The position numbers and the translations under genes were made by a program. The notes under the pieces were generated by a model. That model had not been told where the DNA came from. It searched no databases and was given only the letters and a program-made list of their open reading frames with translations. DNA of 55,836 bases, filler included, from Sphacelaria rigidula (taxonomy: Eukaryota), in assembly GCA_964200075.2 (NCBI GenBank). It is 4 parts of 4 records of this genome, joined end to end, with 100 filler letters (N's around TTAATTAATTAA, not from the genome) between each part and the next. Parts side by side here need not be neighbours in the genome. Positions count along the whole stretch, not along the records: positions 1 to 13,887 come from CAXNAA020002608.1; 3 more parts are not named here. One strand, given 5' to 3'. The first letter of the stretch is position 1, and each line of letters begins with the position of its first letter. Below, piece after piece: positions 1 to 10,707 of the stretch.

Positions 1-407
1 GGATAAGATATGGGGCTCCTAACAATTCTAACCTCAGAAATATTTGTGTACCCCTACCGTAGCATTACTCTGCTCCAATTCGATAGAAACATGACGGAAT
101 AGTGACCGCGGGATATACTTTGGTATATCACCGACTTGAACAACACACTATTCATCGAGCATCACACCTCGAGTTGTGATCGACTGCCTCTTTTGCGACT
201 TGCCCCTTGCACGATGAGCCATTTTTGTCAAGCCGAAGCATCACGCCGAGTGTCGTGCCGCCACTTCTATGATATCAGGTAACAAATCACAAAGCACACA
301 CTGGTGTTGCTGTACCTTCATACAATCTGGCGTGCACTCCGGGTTAGGTTGCTAGTGTCAGTGTAGTACCGTGAAGTCTTGCAAGCTGTGACCCCACCAA
401 AACAGCC

Positions 408-539
408 GTATCGTATCGTATCGNNNNNNNNNNATCGGCCCATTTTCAGCGTATCGAAAAAATATCGATATCGACGTCTTGAGACCGATACGTTAAAATA
501 TCGTATCGAACTCTTTTTTCCGTCCGATATTCAACACTG
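408..539. mobile_element. Probable right end of a small hAT-like non-autonomous element (left part lost in or near the N gap)
   Basis: Dense GTATC/CGATA subterminal motifs ending in CAACACTG (532-539; reverse complement CAGTGTTG, a hAT-type terminus). No matching left terminus or TSD identified. Confidence 0.35.
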
Positions 540-1158
540 GTGGACGCACCAACCGCCCGTTTCTGAGGCAAAGGCTTCCCTCAGCGACCGCACGCACAGG
601 CAGTAGTGTAATTCACTCGACTGGTTCAAGTATCGCTGGTCAGAATTTGACCGCTTCGGACCAGGTAACACCCACCCCGGTCGAACGAGTTCATTCTTCG
701 CGTTCATTGCTCCATGCGAAGCTACCCCTGAATGGTTCTCACATAAACCGTCCTACTATACCTTCGGCTATGGCTCCTCAGCCAAGCTTGCCAGCGGACA
801 GTCCACAAGCTTCGCCCGAGCGTGCCCCGATGCTGACCACATCCACTCAACTGGACGCAGTTGGGTTTTCCCCAAACACATTGGTACTTCCCCGCCCTTT
901 GCCACGGCGAGAGAGGAAGCCCCGTGAACATGCCCCCACTGAAGCGCGCGCATCAACACGTACACCTCCCTCGAGTGAAAAATTTCGACCTCACTCTCTC
1001 CAAAATGCGACGACTTTGAGCTTGATGAGTTTATCAAATGTTCCAGACAAATCCAAATAAGATATTTTGGATATTTCTACAGCTGTACCTCTTGTGCGGA
1101 CTACACTAAACAAGACGGATCTACTTTAGATGTTGACCCCTGCCTTCCCAACACGGTC

Positions 1159-4100
1159 ATGCATGAAATTGCCAATGACCAGCCGAGCTGTGCTCACTCT
1201 GGGGACTACACATCATCCACCACACTTTCTGGTGAGAAAGTTGACCTCCCGGCGGATCACCCGCCCTCCGTGTTCGCCGTCAGCACTACTGATTCCGATC
1301 AATTCACCTTGGCTGAACACGGTCCGGATCTTGTTGGCGAAAAAGTGTCTGTTGACCCTGCCACTTTTACTACTCGCGTAGCGCTCCATTGTGGACCATA
1401 CGCAACCACGACTGCCAAATGCGTCTCTTTGTTAGACAGCGGCAGCCCACAAACATTTGTTCGTGAATCAATGTGGGAATATATGAAACAGATTGGCGCT
1501 ACTTCAGCAGCTTGCGAAATCACCACCAAACCTCGAGTATGGGGCGGTTTTGGTGAATCCATCGCACCTTTGACCACACAAATATCAGTTCGTCTCTGTG
1601 CAGTTATTTCACAACACAACTCCTTCTGCCAGCCTTACAGTCTGGGCATATGTTGTCCCCGACAGCACCATGGTTCACGCCTTAGTCATGGGCCGAGATG
1701 GTTACATGCGTTTTGATCAACGCACCTACCGCACACTACTACCATTATCGCCACAGTCTGCACCTCGTGGAGAACTCAATCGTGAACATTTCGGTACTCT
1801 TCACGGCGCCTTGGCCTATAAAGAAACTGAACAAGCTACCGGAGCTGCTTACCACCTCCGATACGATGGTACTGCTGGTGTTACCATCTCCGATGATCCT
1901 CAACAGCTAGAAGTTGCCTTAGTTCGCCGAAATGGCATGTATGCCCTCACGGCACATTACCTCGCTGAAATGCTTCCTCGGGTTCGTACGCCTTCCGGCA
2001 CATAACACTTTGTCTCCGCAGGGAAGCAACGTTTGCCACTCACGGGTCACGCTAACTTGGAACCGGGAGATGTTTTGGGTATTGCTGATGCTCCCCTCAT
2101 GGACATTTCACTTGAGACATGTGCCACTGAACCCTCTACGCCCAACTCGGCGCCTCCCACAGACGGTTCTGTCAGTTGCGTCGATGAGCCTTACGTCGAC
2201 GTAACCTCTTCGTCTCCATCACGTATCCACACCGTGGACCCTGCACCGTCAACGTCCGACCCTCCTGCTGAAGTGTTGCAACGCCTATCGCCCGAATCTC
2301 GGATAAGTTTCTTGCACATGTGGGATCAACTTCCATCCCATTTACGTGACATCAACTTTGACCTACATGGACCCGGTTGGGAACCCGCTGTAATTAAAGA
2401 ATTGAGCGATGTTTTACTGGAGTACCAAGACAGATTGTTTCGACCCAAAACGGATCTGGGGCATTGTAAAACGCTGCCCTTTGAAATCACCCTTCAATCT
2501 GCCGTTTCGCCAATCTCTTCTCGGCTGTATCGGACGAACCCCATCCTTACCAAAAACATTAACGCCATTTTAGATACGTACTTAGGTGCCGGATTCATCC
2601 AACACTTCTCTTCTCCGTGGGCCTCACCGCCAGTGGTGGTCTCCAAAACGGATGGAAACATACGCATCACCGTGAATTATCAACGGCTAAATCGCGTCAC
2701 TGTAGTGGGAAAACTTCCCATTCCTCGCATAGATGAAGTCTTCGACTCTCTAGGCGAAGGAAAAATACTCGGTACCTTCGACCTCGCTTCTGGATTTTTC
2801 CAGGATGCCATCCACCCTGATACAGTTCCGCTGACAGCGTTCTGTACGTCTTCTGGGCTCTACGAATGGCTCCGTATGCCACAAGGTGCCGCCACTGCAC
2901 CAGATTGTTTTCAACGCTTAATGCAACGCGTTACAGAGAATCTTGAACACGTCATCATGAACTTGGACGACGCTATCGCATTCGATGCCTCCCCTCCTGC
3001 GCATGTGCGCACCTCACGAGAGTTTCTCTCTCGCCTGCGGGTGCACGATTTGAAACTGTCTTCATCCAAAGCTCGCCTTGGCGCGACTGAACTGGATTTT
3101 CTAGGACACTCAATTTCACCGGCGGGTCTACACCCTGAAACCAACAAAGTCAGAGCAATGACTGAATTACCGATGCCCACGAACATTTCTCAGCTCCGCT
3201 CATTGTTGGGTGGACTGTCCTATTATCGCAAACTTTTGCCTAACCTGTCGGAACGGATTCGCCCCATTACGCACTTGCTTAAAAAAGGCGCCGCCTTTGT
3301 CTTCACCAAAGATCTGGAAGCTATCGTGCGCGACTTGCTGAAAACGCTCACCGAAAAAACGGCCCTTTGTTTCCCGGACTGGGATGACGTACAAGACGGC
3401 TCTCGCCTCTTTCAACTACATACAGATGCGAGCACCGACGGGCTCGGCGCGGTCCTGAACCAGCCTCAACTCGATGACTCTATTAGACCCATCCTCTATA
3501 TCAGTTGCGCCACCCTTCCAAACGAGGCCAACTGGAATCCACTGGAGCTGGAAGGCGGAGTCATCACTTGGGCCATAAAGCGCCTTCGACAATATTTGTT
3601 CCATGTGCCTCTCCAAATCTACACGGATCACGGAGCACTTGAACAACTCGCCAAAGTTGGCGAACATAACCCGCGTGTGCAACGGTGGTTGGAGTTCCTG
3701 ACAGCTTATCAGTATACTGTCAAACACCGCCCTGGCAAAACCAACGGCAATGCTGACCTTCTCTCCCGCTTGCCCCTTCCTCCGACGGCTGTGGATTTCA
3801 GCTCCGCTTGTCGACTAACTGAACCCGATAAACCCGGCGTGTATCCAATCCGGCGCTTCTCAACGTCCATTTACGCCCTTGACCTTCATTGCCCAGAGAC
3901 GGGTATGCACATGGGCGGCCCCCGCCCCCTACCGTATGATGCAGTCTTGAATGAGCTACAACCAACCGACGCCGATTTCGCCGATTTCCGTACTATCGGT
4001 CCTCGCGCAAATATTGCAGCTTCGCCACCTCCAGTTTTCCATCTCATTTCCGACCACACGCGCTCTCGGTCGGCCGCCCGCGCTAACCCTCCCCGCGCCC

Positions 4101-6600
4101 CACCGCCACCGACAACACCTACTGCTCCTGCAAGCAGCGTAGCGCCGGCTCCCCGCAACACCGCACCACGAGCCTTGACAACCCCCGCCACGCACAGTTC
4201 TCACAACAACCGCCGAGCGCGATCTTTGGCGCGCACTACTGCGACATCGCCGCCAGTCGCAGTCCCGTCAGTGCCCGCCCCTTCTGATGCTTCCGATGTT
4301 CACATCGACGTTGGCACCTCCCCTCCGTCGCCTGTTCCACCGCTCCCTGAGCCACCATGTCTGGTCGGCTCTCCGGCGGAAGGCCAACTGCGAGAATTTC
4401 TCGCCAGTTACTCCCATCGTGATTGGGCTCGTGAACAACAAGCAGAACCATTATGCCGCGCAACCATGTGGGTACCTCCGTGCTGGCTGCCCTGCTCCTA
4501 TCCCGGCCAATTTATTGGCCCCGATTGGCACACTGCCACCACCAAACGCCGCTGAGGTGTACGAACTCGCACGTAAAGGTACTATCTTCACAACTGATGA
4601 CGGAATCGAATGGCTTGTCCGCCGTCCTCCGCCCCAGCAGGGTGAAGCTTCATCCGCGCCCACTGGACGCCATGCACGCCTACTCAACGATGAACCCACT
4701 CGGATATATGCGTTGGTAATGAAAGGCTGCCATGCTGACCTGTCTTGTCACCTTGGTGTCACGTGCACATTAGCGTTACTCGAACGTTTCTACTGATGGA
4801 TAGGTATGTATGTGTCCACCCGCTTCTGGATTCGGCGCTGCTTCAAGTGTCAAGCTCGCAAAACCTTACGACAGACTATACGTTGGCCAGTTATTTCGAT
4901 GGTACTTCCCAACGCTCCTGTTCACCTTGTGTCCTCCGACTATTTCTGTGCTTCACCGCCCACTGACCGTGGCAACACCTACATCTTACTCTTTACCGAC
5001 CGTTTAAGCCGTTACGCAGCCATGTACGCAGTCACCGCTGGAGACTTCACAGCAGCGGGCACAGCTAATATCTTAGTTCATGACTACATCAAGCACTATG
5101 ATTGCCCGAAACGACTTCTCTGAGACAATGATCAGCAATTTTGCTCCGATCTCTCGGACGAACTGTACACGCTCCTGGGCAGTCGAAAGATAGCCACGAG
5201 CTCTTATCACCCTAGTGGTAACGGTGATACTGAAAGAGTTGACCACACCATGGCCCAGATGCTGTCTATGGTAGTCAACGATCGACAAAACGGTTGGGAT
5301 CTGCATCTTTCACATGTCATGCTGTCTTTTACCAACTCGGTCAACGCTGCTACCGGCCTTTCTCCGAACGAGTTGCATCTCGGCCGCTACCCTCGCCTGC
5401 TCATCACAGTGTTTGTGAGACACACCTTTGATGGCCACCAAGGCTTGGATCAGGATCAGATATCCGACCATGACCTGGCGCGTGCACGCCAGCGCAAAGC
5501 TTTTTTACTCTCGTGCGTGAGCAACACGCCATCAATGCCTCGCGCTTTGAGAGATCTAATAATGCTCTCGACAATCCGATGCACAAACGACCTACTTGGA
5601 AGGTTGGCGATTGGGTCTGGGTTCACAGCAGTTTGTCAACCATTCGTCAAGGCGCTGACAAAGCTGCCAACGAGACAGTCTTGAAGACTAAGCTATCCCT
5701 CAACTGGACAGGACCGTTCAAGATTTTGACCGTAGGGCCCTCGCCATCTTTACCTGATGGCAGACCTGTCGGTGACAAACTTCTTCATCTCGATCTCCCT
5801 CGCGATCTTCAAGGACATGACGTCAAATCTCGCGTCTCTGTGCACCGTTGTAAACGTTGCATCAATCCGCGTGACACAAGAGACATGCCCAAATATTTAC
5901 CTGCCGGTCTCACGCAGTACGTACTTAACAGTTATTCGACCAAATCACCGCCTGATCACGTTCCTACCGACGATGTGACGGAACAACCCCTTCGTCTCGC
6001 CGTGTCCCACATTTCGGGTCACCAGATCACCCGCGGTCGAGGCGTTAAGATTGCTGCCATGTACAAAACTCACTGGCAAGGCCTTCGGAGAGCGTCTTGG
6101 GAACGCAAATCCGACCTTCAGCTGCACCGCCGAGCTATTCTCCTGTACTGGGCACAACCTCAGCAACAACATCTTGCGAACAACAAGAAACATTGCAATA
6201 TGCGCCGCGGCGCAGCAGCACGCGAACCTCACCGTGACAAAGGTTTGCGCTTCGTCGCCGATGGCTATGAATTGGTAGCCACCCAGGATTGGAAAGAAAA
6301 GATCCGCGCAAAACAGGAAATCCTCCCCAAAGGCGCCTACCTCTGGTACAAAGGCATCGTCAACCTCTGGTGGCTAGGCCAGACCCACTCTACAATCCTC
6401 ATCGCGCCTGACACATACATCGTGCGCTTCATCTATGACCCCGGACCCGTGCAGCTCAAGCTCCGCCCAGAGCTCTATACCACCAGTCTATCCGCACCAC
6501 GAGGGTCTTGGTGTCTTCAGCGACTCAAATCCGAAGGCCTCCGCCGCGGAATCAAACATAAAATCGATCGCACACATGATCTTAACGCAACGCTTCAATC
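1159..6600 (+). mobile_element. Degenerate Ty3/Gypsy LTR retrotransposon pol (PR-RT-RNaseH-IN order)
   Basis: Protease LLDSGS (1429-1446). RT motifs FDLASGFFQ, TAF..YEWLRMPQG, NLDD (2960-2971), DFLGH, LRSLLG..YYRK. RNase H LHTDAS..GLGAVL, ELE, YTDH, NADLLSR. Integrase H..H..C..C zinc finger (about 4730-4850), D/D/E core (SDYF, LL*DN, GDTERV) and WTGPF motif. Inactivated by in-frame stops at 2003-2005, 4794-4796 and 5121-5123 and by frameshifts near 1600, 4470 and 5505. Confidence 0.96.
2033..4555 (+). pseudogene. Reverse transcriptase-RNase H portion of the Gypsy pol
   Basis: 840-aa ORF with the full Gypsy RT/RNase H motif set. Catalytic YxDD reads NLDD. A Pro/Thr/Ala-rich linker follows. 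Confidence 0.93.
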
Positions 6601-7335
6601 TCCCACAGACCTTCTGCTTCCCGATCCACGACATTTTTCCTTCTTCTTTTCTTTTCTTCCCCTGTCGTTCAGATGTTTCCCCTTGCTTCAATCATCCAGG
6701 ACACACCAGTGCCACCCACCGACTTCTTCAACAGCCTACAACCGGAGCTCCTTCGGCGCACAACCATGGACAACAATAATTGGAACTTGCTTGGGGCACC
6801 TTCATCGTCGACTACTGGAGCTGTTTATTCTCGCTTTTGGCTTTTTACCCCATGACTGGCACTGGACCCCTTGCAGTCTCGGAGTTGCTTCCTCCTTTGC
6901 TTCCTCAGCTACCATGCGCTCGCCGCATGTGATTGACGTTTCGGCGGTTGAAATTGGTACAACCCACGTAGACGTTGTACCCCTCGTGTGTTTTCCCTTT
7001 TGCCTCTTTATTTTGGCTAGCACGTCGAGGCATTTTGTGTTCGTCTGTTTAGCTCGCTTGTCCGCAGCAGCATTGTGTGCTCCTGCGTCTTCAAGCGCAC
7101 TTGCACTTTTCGGTAGCAAATTTCGCTTACCTTCTTTGAGGTGTGGGAGGATCGGGCAACGGAGTGGATGTTGCCCTCGTCGTCTGGGGTGTACCTTTTT
7201 TTTTAGCCAATACGGACGAGTGCTTTTATAGCATTGAGTTCGGCTTCCTTGTCGCTCATGACTTGACGTGGAGAAAAACCTCGACTGTCGTTGCTTTTCG
7301 AGATTTCTCATCGCAACTGAAATAGAGGTTCCTCT

Positions 7336-7353
7336 GGATGGGCGAGTGTCATG
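7336..7353 (+). promoter_or_regulatory. Putative polypurine tract and start of the 3' LTR (TGTCATG at 7347)
   Basis: GGATGGGCGAG immediately followed by TGTCATG, about 750 bp after the end of pol homology. No second LTR copy is in the contig to confirm it. Confidence 0.45.
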
Positions 7354-8200
7354 AAGCTAGGAGGCGTTTATTATGAAATCTGGGATTCTATAGTTGCGGA
7401 TCTGATTAAGCTTGACTAGGCCGGATGTGAGACTGAAAAAAGGTAAAGGCATGGGTCCTTGAGCCCTTGCCGCGGTACTCGCTGGGCAGAGCTTACTGCT
7501 CAGCGATTGCTATAGCCAGAGAGCAGCTGAGAGAGCATTGAAAGGAGCGATAAGGAATACGAGTGAACAGGAGTCTTTGTATCAAGTGGGTATACTTTAC
7601 TGCATGAAGCTATTGTGGTGTTAGCTGATTTGGACACATCTGTAACCCGATCCTTTGTGAGGACAGAACTACCAGTGTTGGCCTTGGACATATCTGACCT
7701 CTGACCTGACCGGTTTGCACCAAGAGGGTGCATTCCGCCTAACACTATAACAGTATAATTAGGATATGGCTGGAATCTGAGTGTGTTGTGCTTCAGGCTT
7801 TGAGCTACGCCCCTGTCGAAGCCAGCCATTAGCTTGTCATCTTATCATCAAGTCTTCTCGGCTTACAGTCTCCACTCTTCTTGTCCAAGGTGGAGTCAAC
7901 TCAGGTCTACTAATACTACTGTGTGATGGGTATGTCACGATAATATCGATGTTCGATACCAAACCGGTGGCCTATACTCACACCGTGTTGAGTGTGAGAT
8001 TGTCAGACTGTGGATTCTGTATGTGTGCCGAGGCCAGAGGGTTTTACAAATTTGGCGGGGGAAGGGGGGGTGGGATAACTTGATGGGTATGGCACTGACG
8101 TGGAGCCTTGCCCCTGACGAGTGGGTGTTGCTCAACAGTACAGTTCGAGTGTCATTTTGTTGCTGGTCAATCGTTGTAGTCGGTTTGTATTATGATACAC

Positions 8201-8461
8201 TGTACGACACTTTCTACTATAGCCCCTCCCCGAAGTCCGCCCGAAACTGTCCCGAAATAAACGAGAATACACTGCCTGATTTTTAGTTGCAGGCTGCAAG
8301 AAGCGCCTCATGTAGGCGTCATTGGCGGAAACGGACTCAAGCGTTACAATTCCCAGCTGGTCGTCGTTCTCGGCTTGTTTCATCTCGATTTACGTGTGAA
8401 GTTTGCCTCCCCAACTCATCCACGTTTTTCGGGCGGAGGCTATCGTAGAAAGTGTCGAACA
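8201..8461. mobile_element. MITE with 34-bp imperfect terminal inverted repeats
   Basis: 8201-8234 (TGTACGACACTTTCTACTATAGCCCCTCCCCGAA) matches the reverse complement of 8428-8461 at 29/34 positions. The interior is non-coding. Confidence 0.8.
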
Positions 8462-10229
8462 CATCTCTCACATTGCACGTAGGGCGTCTATGTGTGCAGC
8501 AGTTGTGGTTTCCCCATATATATATATTGTAATGAAGATGCATACTAGCCTGTTGTCATGCCGCTTCAGACCCGTTGTCGAACTCTGGCTTTCGGTAATA
8601 TCGGGAATCCCAGTAGCCAAGAGTGCAGGTCTGTTCAGAGTTGGTCGGGTTCGGATGTGAGCTTGTGTATTTGTAAAAGATGACGAGATAGATCGGCTGG
8701 GACCGATATAGCTCGCCCATCCTCCAGCACTATCAACTACTCCTCTACTGCCCTCCAGCAAAAGAAGTCTAACTATCGGTGAGATGCATTGGGTTGAATT
8801 GGACTGATTGAGTGGGTACTGGAGTTAGAATCAAGATAATCAAGAGAGAAGTGAAGAACCTATTCGCGTGAACCTCGTCTGATATTTGGATACTGAGCAG
8901 GTCACACGGTATCTACAAGTTATAGCAGCCTGACGGTTGTACACTTGCCTGCCAAGCTTGTGCCTTGGGTTGCAAGCTGTGTCGTTGCATTATACTGCCG
9001 CTTGCTCTTTATTACATTTGGCGTTTGACGAAGGAGCTTCTTCTTTGGCTATTACGTTTCTTTCTTGTACCGATTTGTATCCCTGGCTGCCAGCTGTGTA
9101 CTCCAGCGTTTTGATCATTTGCCCCTTTTCCCTTCAGGACAGTTTTAGTCAAATCTACCGCCCACGTAGTCAGTAGCTCTACAAGCTTCTGACCCGCGTG
9201 TCTCTCGGTAAAGTCTATTCGTACCCTGCTACTTGCAATTGCTGTAGCGCTCGACGCCACATCTTGTGTGGCCAACGTGGGGTCAATACGCATTGCATGC
9301 TATTCTAGCCGTGCTGTCAATTTGACACCACTTGCACAAGGCCCAACGGTATCATTTTCGTCTGCACGTCTTTGAATATTTTCGTGATTCACCAGCCCGG
9401 CGCGACCACCGTACCAAGCCGTCGTTGGCTCGTGTATTTGGCCTTGTGGCCCCCTTCCCTTCTGCAGAATGAGTCTTCAACTACAGGTTTGTACAGGACA
9501 CCAGTGCACAAAGGCGCACTGTTGTTTATAGCCAGCAGCTGTTCCTGACCTGAGCTCCTGCCAAGCCGGCACGCTGCTGCTCTTATTTTTCAGTATCGAT
9601 TGTAAGCGACTGTTGTATCTTTCCTTCAAGAAATTACTGAACAAGTACAAACCGTGTTCACACAGTGTGATAACGGACGTCTGTACACGAACTTTGAATT
9701 GTTCCGGCACTTTACCTTCGTTGCTCGTAGCGACCTTGTTGTTGTTGTAGCTTTAGCTTCGTTGCTTGTGGCTACTTTGTTCTTGTTGTCATCTTGTGCA
9801 CTTCGCACAGCCGTAAGGCAACGCGGTACATCACCGTGGTAAGTAACAATACACAGCATAACGTACTGTGAGTTTTTTCTCCTTTGACACCTCTCGAAGG
9901 AACAAATTTATTTTTCCGAGACAGTTTCGTTGAAATACTACTAGTTGAAACATTTCAACCTCCGTTACGTGCCTATCTGAACAGACTGCACTCGAAATTG
10001 GTGCCCCTGGCCTGTGCACTACAACGTTTTCGGCACCCGCTCTCAGCGTTGCCCCTGTAGTGCATCACATCACCTTTGTTCCACGTACATACGTTGTCTC
10101 TACTTCGTTGGATAACAAGCCTTCGCTCTGCACTACGCAGTCCGATTTCGCGGTCTACAACCCAAGCTTTGTAAACGCCTTTGTGCTGCCTTACGCTGCA
10201 CAGGTTTTGTGCGCATCTGCGAAAACAAG

Positions 10230-10248
10230 TATATATATATATATATAT
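10230..10248. repeat. (TA)n microsatellite
   Basis: Direct reading. Confidence 0.9.
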
Positions 10249-10623
10249 GTAATTATTTTCATTTGCACACAGCCAGTCGTCCCTCAACTTGTGCTGGGAT
10301 CATAGAGTTATAGTCTGTCCGTGACGCTACACCCGGAACACGTGTAAGTTGTTTTTTCACGTACCAACGCCACTACAGACAATCGGGTCTTCGCTTGTCT
10401 TCGACGACATACGTCTGTTATGTACACACCCCCGTGCTAGCTATTACCGCCACAACTTGAATAAAGTTGTATTAACCAGACCCCGGACATAGTTGCTACA
10501 AACCGCAATTTTCTTGACTAAATTACTGAAGTAAATCATATCCCACGGTCCCCTCCGGCGCTATTAGGCTTCCTTATCCAGTATTTCCGGATACAAGCTT
10601 CGGCTTTTGCACTTAGCATCTCT

Positions 10624-10633
10624 TGGCGTCACG
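10624..10633 (+). promoter_or_regulatory. Putative primer-binding site TGGCGTCACG (tRNA-Ser type) of a second LTR element
   Basis: Reverse complement is CGTGACG-CCA, the acceptor end of GTCACG-type eukaryotic tRNA-Ser. It lies 5 nt after a CA (10617-10618) and about 75 nt before a long ORF region. AATAAA occurs upstream near 10460. Confidence 0.5.
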
Positions 10634-10707
10634 CTCCTTTGATTAGAGCCCGCAGATCAAACATCTGCACTTTCCTTTTTTGAGCAAAAAGGCTGCGTAC
10701 GATTATC

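Noticed and set aside
2960-2971. NLDD as a novel RT active site
   Set aside because: One substitution from YLDD in an element with many other inactivating lesions.
4794-5123. In-frame TGA codons as recoding or an alternative genetic code
   Set aside because: Accompanied by frameshifts and a TAA in the same element, and host genes use standard stops.
6600-7231. Hydrophobic C-terminal extension of ORF 5513-7231 as an env gene
   Set aside because: T-rich, non-coding-like composition, probably read-through after a lost stop, with no env features.
7933-10326. TGTCACG...CGTGACG as a solo LTR
   Set aside because: Terminal mismatch and no target-site duplication (GGGTA vs CTACA).
10320-10633. CGTGACGCTA complementary to the PBS (Tf1-style self-priming)
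   Set aside because: Only 9/10 bp, the transcription start is unknown, and the PBS is already explained by tRNA-Ser.
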